From contig NC_045707.1 of assembly GCF_009834535.1 (NCBI RefSeq), forward strand, positions 20,274,001 through 20,338,000: a DNA stretch of 64,000 bases. Reading direction: 5' to 3'. Positions 11,357-34,900 of this stretch are shown piece after piece. The notes beneath the pieces were generated by a model. That model had not been told where the DNA came from. It saw only the letters and a program-made list of their open reading frames with translations, and ran no database searches. How positions within the stretch are numbered: the stretch's first letter is position 1; every line of letters begins with the position of its first letter. The translations under genes and the position numbers were made by a program. The stretch is from Camelus ferus. Taxonomy: Eukaryota.

Positions 11357-14300
11357 AAGGAAGTTTTTCTTTCTTCAACCCTTTCAGTTCAGAAGAGAAG
11401 AAATCAGACTTAACTTTCCACAAGAATGGCTTATCAAATGACCATTAACTAGGGAGGATCAAGGCTCGACCATGGCATCAGCCCACTGGGAAAGGGGGAC
11501 GTGGAAGATGAGGGGTAAGTTCTTTAGTGTGGGCAGCTCTCCCAGCAGCACAGGAAAATATGAATAGGATAAGTTCCTCAGCCTGCCAATCCCAGGTAGG
11601 GCAAAACTCCATTCCTCAGGTCCCTTTCTACTTGGTAGCTTTGGGTCACTATGCCAACTAAGTATGAAGCCTCTAGAAGTCTGTCATCTATCAATAGAGA
11701 CTGAGTTCCAGGTACAGAGCCACTAGAGTCTAGCCCACTCCCAAATGTCAGCCCTATAAGTTCAGTTTGCCAGATAAGAGGCAGTCTAGAGGTCATCTGG
11801 TCTAGTCTCTGTATTTTATGGTGAGGAAACTGGGGCAAATCAATCAACCTACCAGGTGTTACCATACAGCAAGCTACCCCACAACCGCTTAGCAAATCTC
11901 CTAGCTAGCCAGTACTCCTAGTCAGGAACTCTGGCTCCTGTTGTACCACCACACCTCGTAAGGAAGCAGGAGGTGCTAAACTCTGAACTGAAATCCAAAG
12001 GCACCAGGAGAGGAACAAGAGCTTAGACTGGATAAAGTTTCTGCCTCTATTCGGTTTAGATAAGCACTTCCTTTGGGAACTAAAAACAAGTTAGGAAGGC
12101 CCAGGCCTTCCCTGGGAACTGGGATCCAGCCCTTTATTTTTCTGACAGAAGGACTCACTCATTACTATGCCTCTCTAGACGGTCTTGACCAACCCCTGCC
12201 AGGACAGTTGAAATAGAAGCAATTCAATGGAAGGCGTCAGGAAAGCAGTGGTAATTTCCGCACGATTCAGTGTGCCTTGTGATTAATGTGAGATTTACTG
12301 AGTAGGGAAGATAGAGCAGAAGCCAGTAAGTACCTTAAACTCTCCAACTTTGTTTAGACCCCAAATTACCAAAATCTTAAACTGAGTTCCACTACTTGGC
12401 TCAGCTTTCATTGTGTTCATCCAATGTTAACCAGGGAGTCACTGGCTTAAATGAGAGTCCTTCCACTTCCCCCACTTACATTTCTCCCTTGTAGTTCCCC
12501 AAGAGGCAAAAAGCATACCTATCTCTTATTAGCATGGTACTACAAACTCCCTGTTATTGACCTAGGAAAGACTGGAATGCCCTTCCCCACTCTAGACTGC
12601 CTAGCAAACTCCTAAGATACCTTCTAAAGCCACGCTCAAATGCCACCTTCTCTGTGAAATTCCATGACTACTCTCTCACTCCAGCAGGATTCATCACTGC
12701 TTCTTCTGGGATCCTAGAGTATTAAGACTATTTCTACTGCAGCATTCATTACATTATATGAGCTAATTGTGTTTGTCTTCTCTGCTAAACTATGATATTC
12801 TCACTAAGTGTGACTATTTTTTAAGTCATCTTGAATCTCCAGAGCAGAGCACAATACCTGGTCCCTAGTAGGTGTTCATTAAATGCTCCCTAAATTAATT
12901 AAGGCCAAAGCAATCTTGCTTCCTTCCTCCATCTACTCCTTCCCTTCTGTGCCATCTGGATAGATTCTTACTCAGTTCCATTTGGGAATGTTTTTAATAG
13001 GCCTCAGAGAACCAATTCTCCCTCTTGCCTCTCTGTGATCTCCCCTGGATGGAGGGCCCTCTTGGGACCCAGGCCACAAGGTACTGTTGCAACTCACATG
13101 GGCTAACTGCTTTTCCTGTCACCCGTTACTATGCCTCAGATGGCCTAATCACACTAAATATGTTGCCCTTCCAACCTAACACTGAAGCAACAGTGGCTAA
13201 AAAAGTTCTCTGAATTTTCAGTTATGTGAAGTGTTCAAAAAACATTGGGTCATTATCTCTATTAATTTCTGAACTTAAGAAACACAAGTTAAAAAAAAAA
13301 TCATACCACCACAGACCTAGAGGACACTGAAAAGGTACCCACTGCCCCTCAGTAGAAACTACAACCTGGCCCAGAAATCTGCACACACTTTGCTCACCTG
13401 GGTAGCTCCTTATTCAGCTCAGTTACTGTGCAGTCAAGGGCTAAATCTTTTCTAAAACAAGTGGGATTGTATTATGTAGGGTTTTAAGGTATCCTTCCTC
13501 CTAGAAGGCTGTTGCATTTCCTTATTTTAAATTCACTGTCTTACACTTTGGTTACTTTCTAATCTGAAATGCTTTAGGATTAGGGAGCAGGCTGTACTGT
13601 ACACTTGCTTCTTCTACACTATGCCCCCTCTCATAAGTCAAATTCGTATCAATGCACACAAACAAGCAAACTATCAAAGAGCAATCCTTGCTCCTGGGCA
13701 AACTAAGAGTTGGACGATATGAGGTATGACTTCAAGGGCAATGGGAAAGCCCTCTTCTCCAAAAGTATTTTTGTAACTCCAGATCTATGTTTGAAATTCT
13801 ATATTGATAATTCTACTCCTTAGCTCCATGTTAAGAAGCAAAAACCCTTGGAATGATTAATACTTTAAGTGACTATTTTTTATTTATAACTTAACATGGA
13901 GCAATTCCAGATCATTTCTTGAAGGTAGACTTTGACTATGAGGAAGGTGGAAAAGACAAAAAGAAGAAGAAAGGGACAGGATACCACTAGGATGTAGGAA
14001 GCCTAGTGAGCATTAAAAAAAAAGCCCTCCCCCCACACACATGCATCTACACAATCTTCTCTAGGACTGGCTTTGCAGAAGAGAAAATAAAAGCTCCTGG
14101 GGGGACAACAATCAAGGTTTCTGGGGGCACTGTACAAAGGCTGGGCACATTAAAGGGCTTCTACAGCCAGTAAGGACAAATTCAGTTAATAAGGTGGTGT
14201 ATAAAGCATCCCAGCTGTGCTGAGATTTAGAGGAAAATCAATTTCATATCCAGAGAAATTTGGAGCCTTCATGTAACACTACAGAAAGATACAGGGGCCC

Positions 14301-15899
14301 CTTAGGAGACCCATCATCTTCTTTTAGGATAATGAAGGGACAGTCACATAATCTGAACATGCAGAGACCATGAACCAGAAGATAGAAGTCTCAAATTCCT
14401 CACTTTAGCAGAGATGCCAATAATTCTCCCAAACAAAATAATTCACGTTAATGTTTCTTTCCTGCCCATAAAAGAGAAGCAGGCCATCTATTGGCTATTT
14501 CCTAGGATACCCATGCACAAGGGGGTGTATGTAAAGATGTACAGGATAACCCAGAGTAGAGCTCTCTGCTTGTGTGACTTTGATAAAAGCAAGACAAAAT
14601 GAACTGTGAAAGGAGCACAATGAATAACAGAGTATCATCTCAGAAGGGAAAACTGGAAAGAATGAGAAATCAGTTTGGTGGAAAACATGAAAACAGAATT
14701 GCCTTTGGTGGCATATCCCCCAAAGCGAAGCAAGATTGGTCTGATGTGCTGTCTCTTATCTCTGACCTTTCTGGATGAAATGAGTGAGGTATATGTGGGA
14801 GGATTTACACTTTTTACACTTCTGTAAAACTTGAATATTTAAAAATATGTACATATTACTTTTCTAATTAAAAAGAAATGTAGTTATAAAATACGGTAGT
14901 ATAAAAGGGAAAAAGGAGGAAGTATAACAAGGGAAAATCCAATAAGCTCCAATCTATGGAGGGACTAAGGAGGTCAGTAGGCCATTAAACATAAATAGGA
15001 GGGGACTCCTGTGTCTTAGTAATCCATCTTTTCTCTACTCACCATCTTCCCTAAGTGCCTCTCTGACCCAACCTTCTAATAGCTCAGAAACCTGGGCTCC
15101 TGAAGAAGTAGATAAAGAACAGTTGTGATGCCAACCTTCTGGAATGGAATTTCTCACTTGTCCCCAAATCCCTTCCTCAGTGATATCACCTCATATTTCC
15201 AAGCTTGGTCCTACCTAACCACTACCTGCCTGGGAAATACCCAAGTCTAAGAGACATAAAAGTTTCACCAACTATGGTCAGAAGATCTCTGGATAGCTGG
15301 GGATCCCTAAGCCCATTTCTAGTGCAGAAAATGAATCACTGATTCCCCACTTCTAGGTCAGAGATATGGCATCCAATATAGACCACATTATTAAGCTGGA
15401 AAGAAACCAACAAACATCCCCCAAATCCAACTTTTTAGCTTTTTCACAGTCATGAAACAGTAGGTAAGAAGTAACAGAGACTGCAGCCAAGACCAGCTTG
15501 AGGGCAAGGGAAAGTGTTAGGGGCTGAATTTGGAACAGCCAATAGTTACAGAAAAAAATTACTTTTGTCTTACTGGCTACCCTGGGAATACCAAAAAACT
15601 TAAAATTGCCACATCTCCATACTAATGGGAACAAGAGTTACTACTCCCAAGGGTACTTGCAGCCCACCCTTCAGTATTCCCATAAACTCCCTAAACTGAT
15701 ACGAGGCCCTACTTCCATTGCCCCAGCTCCCTGAGTCTTCTAGATTAGGAAAGCTTTCTTCCCTTGTCTCAGTTCTCCCTCCCTGAACCCAAACCCTTCT
15801 CGGCTCAACTCTGGGGCACCCTAGTTATTTTTATAATAATCGCTTTTCCTGAAAAGAATTTCTCTCACCCAGCTAAGAGCTCTTCTCTGGCCCTTCCAA

Positions 15900-16950
15900 T
15901 GAGACATCTCGAGAGAGCTCCTCCGGGGCCGGGCGCCGGACTTGACCCCTCCTCACCTCCCGGCGAATGGGCTTACCTCACCCGCCGCCCCGTCCCTTTC
16001 CCCCAGCTCCTCCCTCTCCCGCGCCGCTCAGTGAGGCCTGCCCCTGCCCGCACACGAGCCCCGGGCCTCCCGCGCCGACCCAAGCCCGGCCGCCAACACC
16101 ACCCGGCCGCCTCCCGGACTCACCAACTTCGGGCTCCCAGCCCGCCCGGCCCCCTCCTCAGCGCCCTCATTAGGCCTGCGGGGGCCCGGCCCCCTTCTCC
16201 CCTCTCCAGTGGGCCATTCTAACCCTTCACTGAGGCCCAGACCCGCCTCTGCCCTCAGGCCAGGGCGCTCTCTTCTCCCGGGCGCCTCCGCCCCTGCCCT
16301 TGCGGGCTCCATCAGGCCGGTACCTGGGGCTCCGTTCCCCCGTCGGGCCCAAGCCTGTGTCGAACAGACAAACAGCTGCAGCTCAACCAAACCTTCCTGC
16401 CCCTCCTCCTCCTCCTCCTCGCCCTGGGGCGGGGGCCCCAGCCAATAGCACGACTACCCGCCTACCGTCAAGGGTGGGCTCTGTGCGCACTAACCCGCCA
16501 ATCCTCTGGAGAAAGGCGGGTCCTTTTAGGCGCTGTCACCAACGAGTACGAGCAAAGGACTGGACAGGCGGGATCCTGGACCAATACAGAGAGAGAAACC
16601 TTGAAGACGGACCAGGTGACGAGCCACTAAAGAGCGAGCTTCCCGAGGTGGGGGCGGTGCCCTGTAGAAGGCGTATACACCAACCAATAAATTCTCGACA
16701 CCCTCATGACTCCGCCTTTTGACTCATAAACATCTAATCAGGTGAGCGACGGAGGCGGGTCAATGTGAAACTTTAACCAGTACTGAGAAAATTCGGTACT
16801 TGAATGGCAGGCAAGGCGGGGTCGAAAAGCCTTAGGAAGGCCGCTACTGACCTTCGCCCCTCCCCCCGGATTTGGCGGGGGTTGCCTCCGGTGCCCCGCC
16901 CTCTATGACAAATTCGTGGGCGTGAAGGGAAATACCTCTCCTAGGGACCC
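15900..16950 (-). promoter_or_regulatory. RAB5B: RAB5B CpG-island promoter and non-coding first exon(s)
   Basis: CpG-dense GC-rich island with CCAAT boxes at 16442, 16498, 16581 and 16684, plus GC boxes. Minus-strand donor candidates end at 16324, 16124, 15982 and 15977. Confidence 0.8.
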
Positions 16951-17684
16951 GGAGCCTGGGAATTTAAGTACTCCTCTTGTCGGTGCTTTCTCCTTTCGGT
17001 GGGGCCCAAGAGCACAAGAATTTTGGGGGTGGCCCGCGGGCCTGCCTGAGATTTTTTCTTTTAGGTGAGGTTAAGACAATGGCAACTCTGAGAAGTGGTA
17101 GCTGAGGGAGGCATTAGCTCTTTTATAATGATTTTTCATGAAACGATTGATGTATTCTGAATCGTATGTAAATGTGTATAAAGTAGCCTTAGAAAACTTT
17201 GCTGTTAGTGATATGCAACAAAAAGGAAAAAAGACGAGCTTACTGGGAATTGCAGTGTCAAGGCAAATTCCCATGGAGCCCACTTTCAACCAAATTACTG
17301 TTCCTAAGCCCTTCCTAACACTGAAATTCTGGAACAGGCCCATTGTATGTGTGTGTATTTGGTCTGTGCGTGTTAGGGGGTCGGGGGCTAGATGCAGGTT
17401 TGTGGGGAAAGTGAAGTAGGAAATACATAGGCTTCAGTTTCCCCAGCTGTAAAATGGGGGCAATAATTCCCACTTCGCCCACCCTCGGGACTATCCCAAT
17501 TTTATCACAGAAGTCAAAAAGGGGTGAGGTGGGTAACCCTGCACAGAGAGATTAGGAAAAGGAGGGGGTGGGGTCTGAAATCAATTACATGCACACATTC
17601 ATATTCTCTCTCACAACATTCTTTCAGTAAATACACAAAAGTAAAAGAGTAAAAAGATGAACTATAAAACCAGGAACTTTTTTT

Positions 17685-17690
17685 TTTAAT
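17685..17690 (-). terminator. CDK2: CDK2 polyadenylation signal (ATTAAA)
   Basis: ATTAAA on the minus strand ~1.1 kb past the stop codon, followed by a U-rich downstream element (17630-17657). Confidence 0.65.
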
Positions 17691-18788
17691 GAATTACAAA
17701 CTAAATTACAAATAATGTTAATAGCAAGAACATTCAAGGACAAAAGGTGGGAGAAGAGAGACAAAATCATAAAAAGAAAAAAGGATTTTTTAAAGACATT
17801 TGCATTACAAATCCCAAGGTGCCCATGGCAACAAGTCCAATCATTCCGACTTAAAAAACTATTATAACCTGAAATATAAATATACTTGTTCATCCTTCTT
17901 TTAAAGAAAAAAAATTTTTTTCCCAACCCCCCCACTCAGTCCTAAAAGTGTCAGCATTCTCAAAATGATGTCTAAACCTTCACTTTCACTCCATGGGGTG
18001 GCCTTCAGAGGAAGATGGGAACTAGCACCTGAAGAATTAAGAATCTTAAAAAGAAGAGAAAATTTCAAACATCGTTCACTGTCTCCATAAGGCCTCAGTG
18101 AAGCAGTCCCTGTCCCAGAGCCTCCCAGACACTCCTTGCCTATAAAAGGGACAGGCAAGAAGACTAGGAGTAATCATTTCTACTGCAGCCCCACCAGGAC
18201 TGTGGAGACTGGGAATCTGGAGTCTCCCAAACTATTAGGTGAGATGAAACACTAAAACTAAGATATAAACTGGTTGGACCTATTATTTAACCTAATTCTT
18301 TAAAACAGGACCCTCCCTATGTTTTTGTTTTGCTTTGTTTCCAAAAGTTCCAACTTAGCCCCTTCGCTTTCAGTTGGCCTTACAAACACAGTGGCTGCAG
18401 GAGGCTTGGGGTCTCTGTCATCCCGAACACAGAAAATAATAATTGCCGGGCTTTCAGAGACTGGGATGGCAAACCCTATATGGAGGAATGAGGAAGAGTC
18501 AATCTTTTTTTTTTTTTCCTTAAATACCAGCCCTCCTAAGCAATGACTAAGAGGAGGGGGATAGGATGGTCGAGGCTGACATAAGTGCATCTAATACTGA
18601 AGCTTCCTTTCAATTTTACCTATTTCTCCCCTCCACCTGCTGTTTCCCCAGAGTTGGCTGGCTAAGAGGGGCAGGTGAGTGCTAAGGCAGCCAGACAAAA
18701 TCAGTGGGCTAAGATCCCAGGACCAAGGCAGATCGGGCCCCCACTGGAGGAGAGGGTGATCCTGGAGGCAGGGGCTTGGAGAAGGACA

Positions 18789-23087
<4,299 letters not shown>

Positions 23088-23239
23088 CTAGCGAGTCGGG
23101 TCAGCCCGGCCCTGGAGCGGGGGCCTGGGAACCCTGCAGAAAGCGGCACCCAGCTCTCAGGGGCCGAGTAGGAGGAACAGGGCCCAGCACCGCGACCCCA
23201 GGTCGGGATGGAACGCACTGTATCTCTCGCTCTTGTCAA

Positions 23240-23420
23240 TTTGTCCAACTTGAAACAATGTTGCCGCCTCCCCCCCCCCAGTTCCCGACCGCCACCAGAG
23301 GCCCCGCCCCTCCTTCCCGCGTTTCCATGGCTCCGCCCCCAGGCCCTCCTATTGGCCAACGTCAGAGGGGCGGTGCCAGTCGTGCGCCCCGCGCCGCAAA
23401 TGACCCCGCCCCTCACAAGT
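23240..23420 (-). promoter_or_regulatory. CDK2: CDK2 CpG-island core promoter
   Basis: GC boxes (23301-23310, ~23332, ~23404), CCAAT box (ATTGG 23351-23355), E2F-like TTCCCGCG 23314-23321; no TATA box. Confidence 0.75.
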
Positions 23421-24101
23421 TTGATTCTGAGGGATATTAAGATAAGTTTCAACCTAGGTAGGGAGGTCGAATACCTGTTTCCAAGTATTTGATTTGGACT
23501 CGAGAATCCTACCTGTGTCCTGAGTCTGTAAGGATTTCCTGATCTCTAAATCGCCGTTTTCACCACCCCCGGGAAAATGTGTACTGATCTGAGATTAAAT
23601 TCCACCTGGCCCAAGGAGATTCCTCTGAAAAGCAGGAAGCTGGGAATCTCATTGTAAGAATTTCCTGGGCCTCAGAGGAGTCGTTGCCTCCGCCTCTCAG
23701 ACTACCCGGAAATTGTCTCTCTTTGTTTTTGGATGCAGGGTCACTGTTTCTAAAGTCTTTTTGAGAGGTTCTAAATTTGACTCACAACTGATTGATCTAC
23801 TCTTCCATGGTGAATAGTGTGTACCGGTACGTGTTGTGTTACTTAGCTGCCCTTCAGTCAGTTCTTTCCCAGGAGGATGGAGTGTGAGAAGATGAGAATG
23901 ACTCTGAAACCAGAAACTCACTGAGTAGCAAGATGTCCAGGGACAGGATCCCTCGTCAGTTCTGCCTTTCTCAGGTCCTCTTGCTCCTCCCAGGCCTCCC
24001 TTAGAAGGAGAGGAGGAAGGGCTATGCAAATGAGCACCCCTTTCTTATATAGGGGCTTGTCCCACCTTCCAGCACCTTTGGTTGCTGGAAGAAAGAACAG
24101 G

Positions 24102-31392
<7,291 letters not shown>

Positions 31393-31482
31393 GTACCCTC
31401 ATGTGATGTCATGATTTACCCAGGGGGGGACAGCAATGTCTGTCTTTTCCTCAGTCTTCCCTTGGAGACTACCATTGCCTGA

Positions 31483-31488
31483 AATAAA
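31483..31488 (+). terminator. PMEL: PMEL polyadenylation signal AATAAA
   Basis: AATAAA ~90 nt after the stop codon, with a downstream U-rich tract at 31507-31523. Confidence 0.85.
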
Positions 31489-31613
31489 CACTCAGAACCT
31501 GGTGCTGCTTTTTCCTTGCTTCTGGGAGAATCCATGTCATTTAAGGAGTGGAGGCATAAAGGAAGGAGGGGTACCACTTACTTAACAGATACCCCAGTGG
31601 GAAAAAAAGTCAT

Positions 31614-31619
31614 TTTATT
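31614..31619 (-). terminator. DGKA: DGKA polyadenylation signal AATAAA
   Basis: tttatt on the plus strand, ~230 nt past the DGKA stop codon. Confidence 0.8.
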
Positions 31620-31652
31620 CAGATGAGGCACTTCGAATGTATTGTTTGTGGG

Positions 31653-31672
31653 GTGTGTGTGTGTGTGTGTGT
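31653..31672. repeat. (GT)10 microsatellite in the DGKA 3'UTR
   Basis: Direct read. Confidence 0.9.
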
Positions 31673-31846
31673 GCACATGTGCATGGGGAATAGTGGAGGT
31701 GGTACAGGATAATAAATACTGTGAGGGTGAAGGAACACTCCCCTGAGCTGGCAGGAGGGTGTGGCAGCAATGTACAAAGCCTAGCAGGTAGAGTCCAGGG
31801 ACGAGGAGGTGGGTTCAAGGCTGGCTTGGAAGCTGAGATGTCCCTC

Positions 31847-31930
31847 TCAGCACAAGAAGCCAAAGAAATTGGAGGAGCGGGGAGGCGGGCCCATAAGCAT
31901 GGGCATCTGGTTCCTGTGGGTGATCTTGAT
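31847..31930 (-). CDS. DGKA: DGKA coding exon 23 (last)
   Basis: [30 protein letters not shown]. Confidence 0.96.
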   Translation of the reverse strand: MKITHRNQMPMLMGPPPRSSNFFGFLC

Positions 31931-34900
31931 CTGGAAGGGAAGGGGGCACATTCAGAGGCAGGACCTGGGGCTCTGGGGCTGGAGCAGCAGAGTTTTGGGG
32001 AACATTGTGGGGTTTAGGGTGGGTTATAAGGGTCCTAGAGAGGCCATGGTAGGAAGACTAGGGGCTGAGAAATCAGGATTTGGGAGGAAGGGTGCACAGG
32101 GAACTTCGGGCCTCAGGAGGAAGTAAAGAAGCTGTGGAATGGAAATTTAGGATCCATGAGGGTTCAGTTTTTGGCAGCCATAGGCAATACTCACTGTACA
32201 GGGTGTCTGCATCCAGGGTTCTCCATCGATTTGCATGGGGAGGGTTTTTGTGGTGCTGTGTGAGGTCAAGGTAGATTGGTGGTGATTACCAACCAAGTAC
32301 CAAAACTCTGTTTCTTAGGTTGGTTTTGAGACTCTTTGTCACTGAGGAAGATCTGGTACAGCCCCTCCGCACCATCCCCAGACCCCTTCCGCTTTCCCTG
32401 CCCCGCTCCTTCCCTCAGAGCCCCTGGCTGGCGTTTTCCTTACTGGAAGGTGATCTCAGAGCACTTGGCCAGCCGATGTCCAGCATTCTTGAGCTTGGTG
32501 TAGATCTGGCCCATCTCAATTGCACCCTCCAGCCCTACTACTTCTAGCCGCTTGTCACTTAGATCTGGGGGTGAAAAGTAGGGAGATAGGTCTTGTAGAA
32601 GCAGGGTGTTTCCAAAGAGTCACACCTTCCATTAGTCCCACTCACTCAGCTCCGAAGGCTGCTCCTCTTACCGGGTACGCAGGTTTTCAGGATATCAGGG
32701 TCGGTGATGACTTTAGCTGTAGCACCTAAGGCCTGGTTGATCCCATGGATGTCACTTTGTGGTCTCTTGGTGTCACCCCAGAGATTGGAGCCACCGTGCA
32801 TGCTTGGGATGTTCAGCACTGCGATGCCTTCTAGGGACAGGTTGCTTAGATCCAGTGGTTTCCCACAGATCTGAGGGGAGGAGAGCACAGATCCTTACCT
32901 CATGGCATAATCATGGACGTGACCCCTCCCTCCACCAGACAATGAACTGGGAAGGCTAGGATTTGGAGGCTTGCAAGACATGGAGGGAAACAGGAACCGG
33001 TGTATCTTGAGAACTTGGGAAATCACAATTGGAGAGCTGGGAGGTCAAAGTATAAGTTCAAGAATATGCGGAGTTCCCGAGGGCGCCTGTGGAGGAAGAA
33101 ACTAAGATACAAGAAACTGAAAGGGATATGGGGTTGGGTCTTATCACACCCACCTCAACTGTCAGAGATTCCTCCAGCTTTTTGCACGTTGAGAAGATGG
33201 ATTCAGACGTGGCAAATTCGAAGTACCATAGCTTGTTCTTCATTCTGTGTCGGCCCCAACAGCAGCCCCAGGAGGAAGGGGACAAGAGGCAGAGGTGGGC
33301 TACATGCAGTCCCATGGCGGTCAGGGAGGCTTGGTTGAGGGGCTTCCTAGAGGTCTCACTGCTCATCTAAGTTCTGAGTCAAACTGGGCCACAGCCTGGT
33401 CCCTGCCGCTGTGTATGCCCGCACCCATCCCCCCTTCTCTCACCTGCTGTTGAACTTCTCAGGATATTTCTCTCGCATGATGTGGAAGCGGTGAGCAATA
33501 GAGGCATCCTGGGGAGTTCAGGGCGTGTGAGATCAGAGGCTGCCCCCTCTCTCAGCACAGAGCCCTCCGTCTCTTTAACTCCCAAGTTGGGGAGTAATAT
33601 GTCCCACGTTCTTTTCTTACAACTCACACCACTGTACCCCACTCCTGATTTCCCTGTGTCACAGCTCCCTTACCCTCTACCTTCCCTTTCTGCCCTTCTC
33701 CGGCCTCTGCCTACTTAACCCCCACCGTCTCCCTTTCCCCCATGCTCCACTCCACTAACCACACCAATGGAGAAGTAGTTATTGATGATTTGAAAGGGGA
33801 CTGGGTCACTCTTTTCTTCAGTTTGTTGGGGTATCACCTCCACGGACCATCGATCCATATGTACCACCTTACTTGTCTCTAAATCCTTGAGGATCTTTCC
33901 CAAGTTCTGTCCCTCATACCCTAAGGGTGGAGGAGAAGACAGGTTAGCACTGAGCCCCGGCTCCCAGAGGGACTTCCTCTCAGTTCCCAGCTCCACAAAT
34001 TCCCAGGGATCCTCTGACCTGGTTCTGCAGACCCTCCCACCCCTAAGCAGTGAAAGGGCAGGGTGCTCAGTCATGGCTCCCACAGACCAGTCTTAAGGTC
34101 AGACCATTGCTGACCCTTTTCTCCATACTGTCACTGTCATGGAAGGTGTATATTCCCAAATGTGTGTGTGCACTTAGCAATAAATGCCAAAATTCATCTG
34201 GAAGAGTAAAGGAAATAGCCAGGAAAATGCAAAATGCTGAAAAGACAAGTGATGAATATGAATAGTCTCTCTCTTTCTCTGATGCTTCCCCTCCTCATTC
34301 TACCAGATGGAACACAGCATAAAGCAATGGTGTCAAAACAGGGTGACACTGTCACAGTGAATACAATACAAAGTTCAACAGTAAAGAACAGAGTTCCCAG
34401 AAATAGACTCAAGTATACACTGGAATTTAGAATATGATGACATTTCAAATAAATGGGGAAAGACAGATTACTCAGTAAATGGTGCTAGATGTAAAAGTCA
34501 ACCCTTACACTAAAATAAATTCAAGATGGGTCAACAAATTTAAATGTAAAAAGTTGAAGCACAATTTGTACTAGTGGACATGAGTGAATGTTTTTATAAT
34601 CTTTGAGTGGAAAAGGGCTTTCTAAAGCATAGTACAAAACCCAGAGCCAAAAAAGAAAAAAACTGATAAATACAATTATATTAAAGTTAAAACTTCTGAA
34701 ATCAAACAAAAGTAAAGAAAATATATTTGGGATTTTCAAAATTGCCACAAAATAAACAGAAATAGTTCTAACAACAACAACAAAACCCCAAAACCAACCA
34801 ATCAAATGAACAAAAAACTTCTGCATGGTTAAATAAACATACACCTAAAAAAAGACAAACTACAAACAGGGAAGAATTATCTGCAGCACATATAACAGAC

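Noticed and set aside
15764-16722. Several 80-150 aa Pro/Arg/Gly-rich ORFs in CpG islands (also 45131-45699, 49034-49651, 52258-52780)
   Set aside because: Expected from stop-codon depletion in GC-rich DNA; no domain signatures.
23236-23328. Perfect-Kozak ATG (gccATGg) opening a 30-codon uORF upstream of CDK2
   Set aside because: It lies among the GC-box/E2F promoter elements, probably upstream of the main TSS (~23250 by recalled human homology), so it is unlikely to be in the mRNA.
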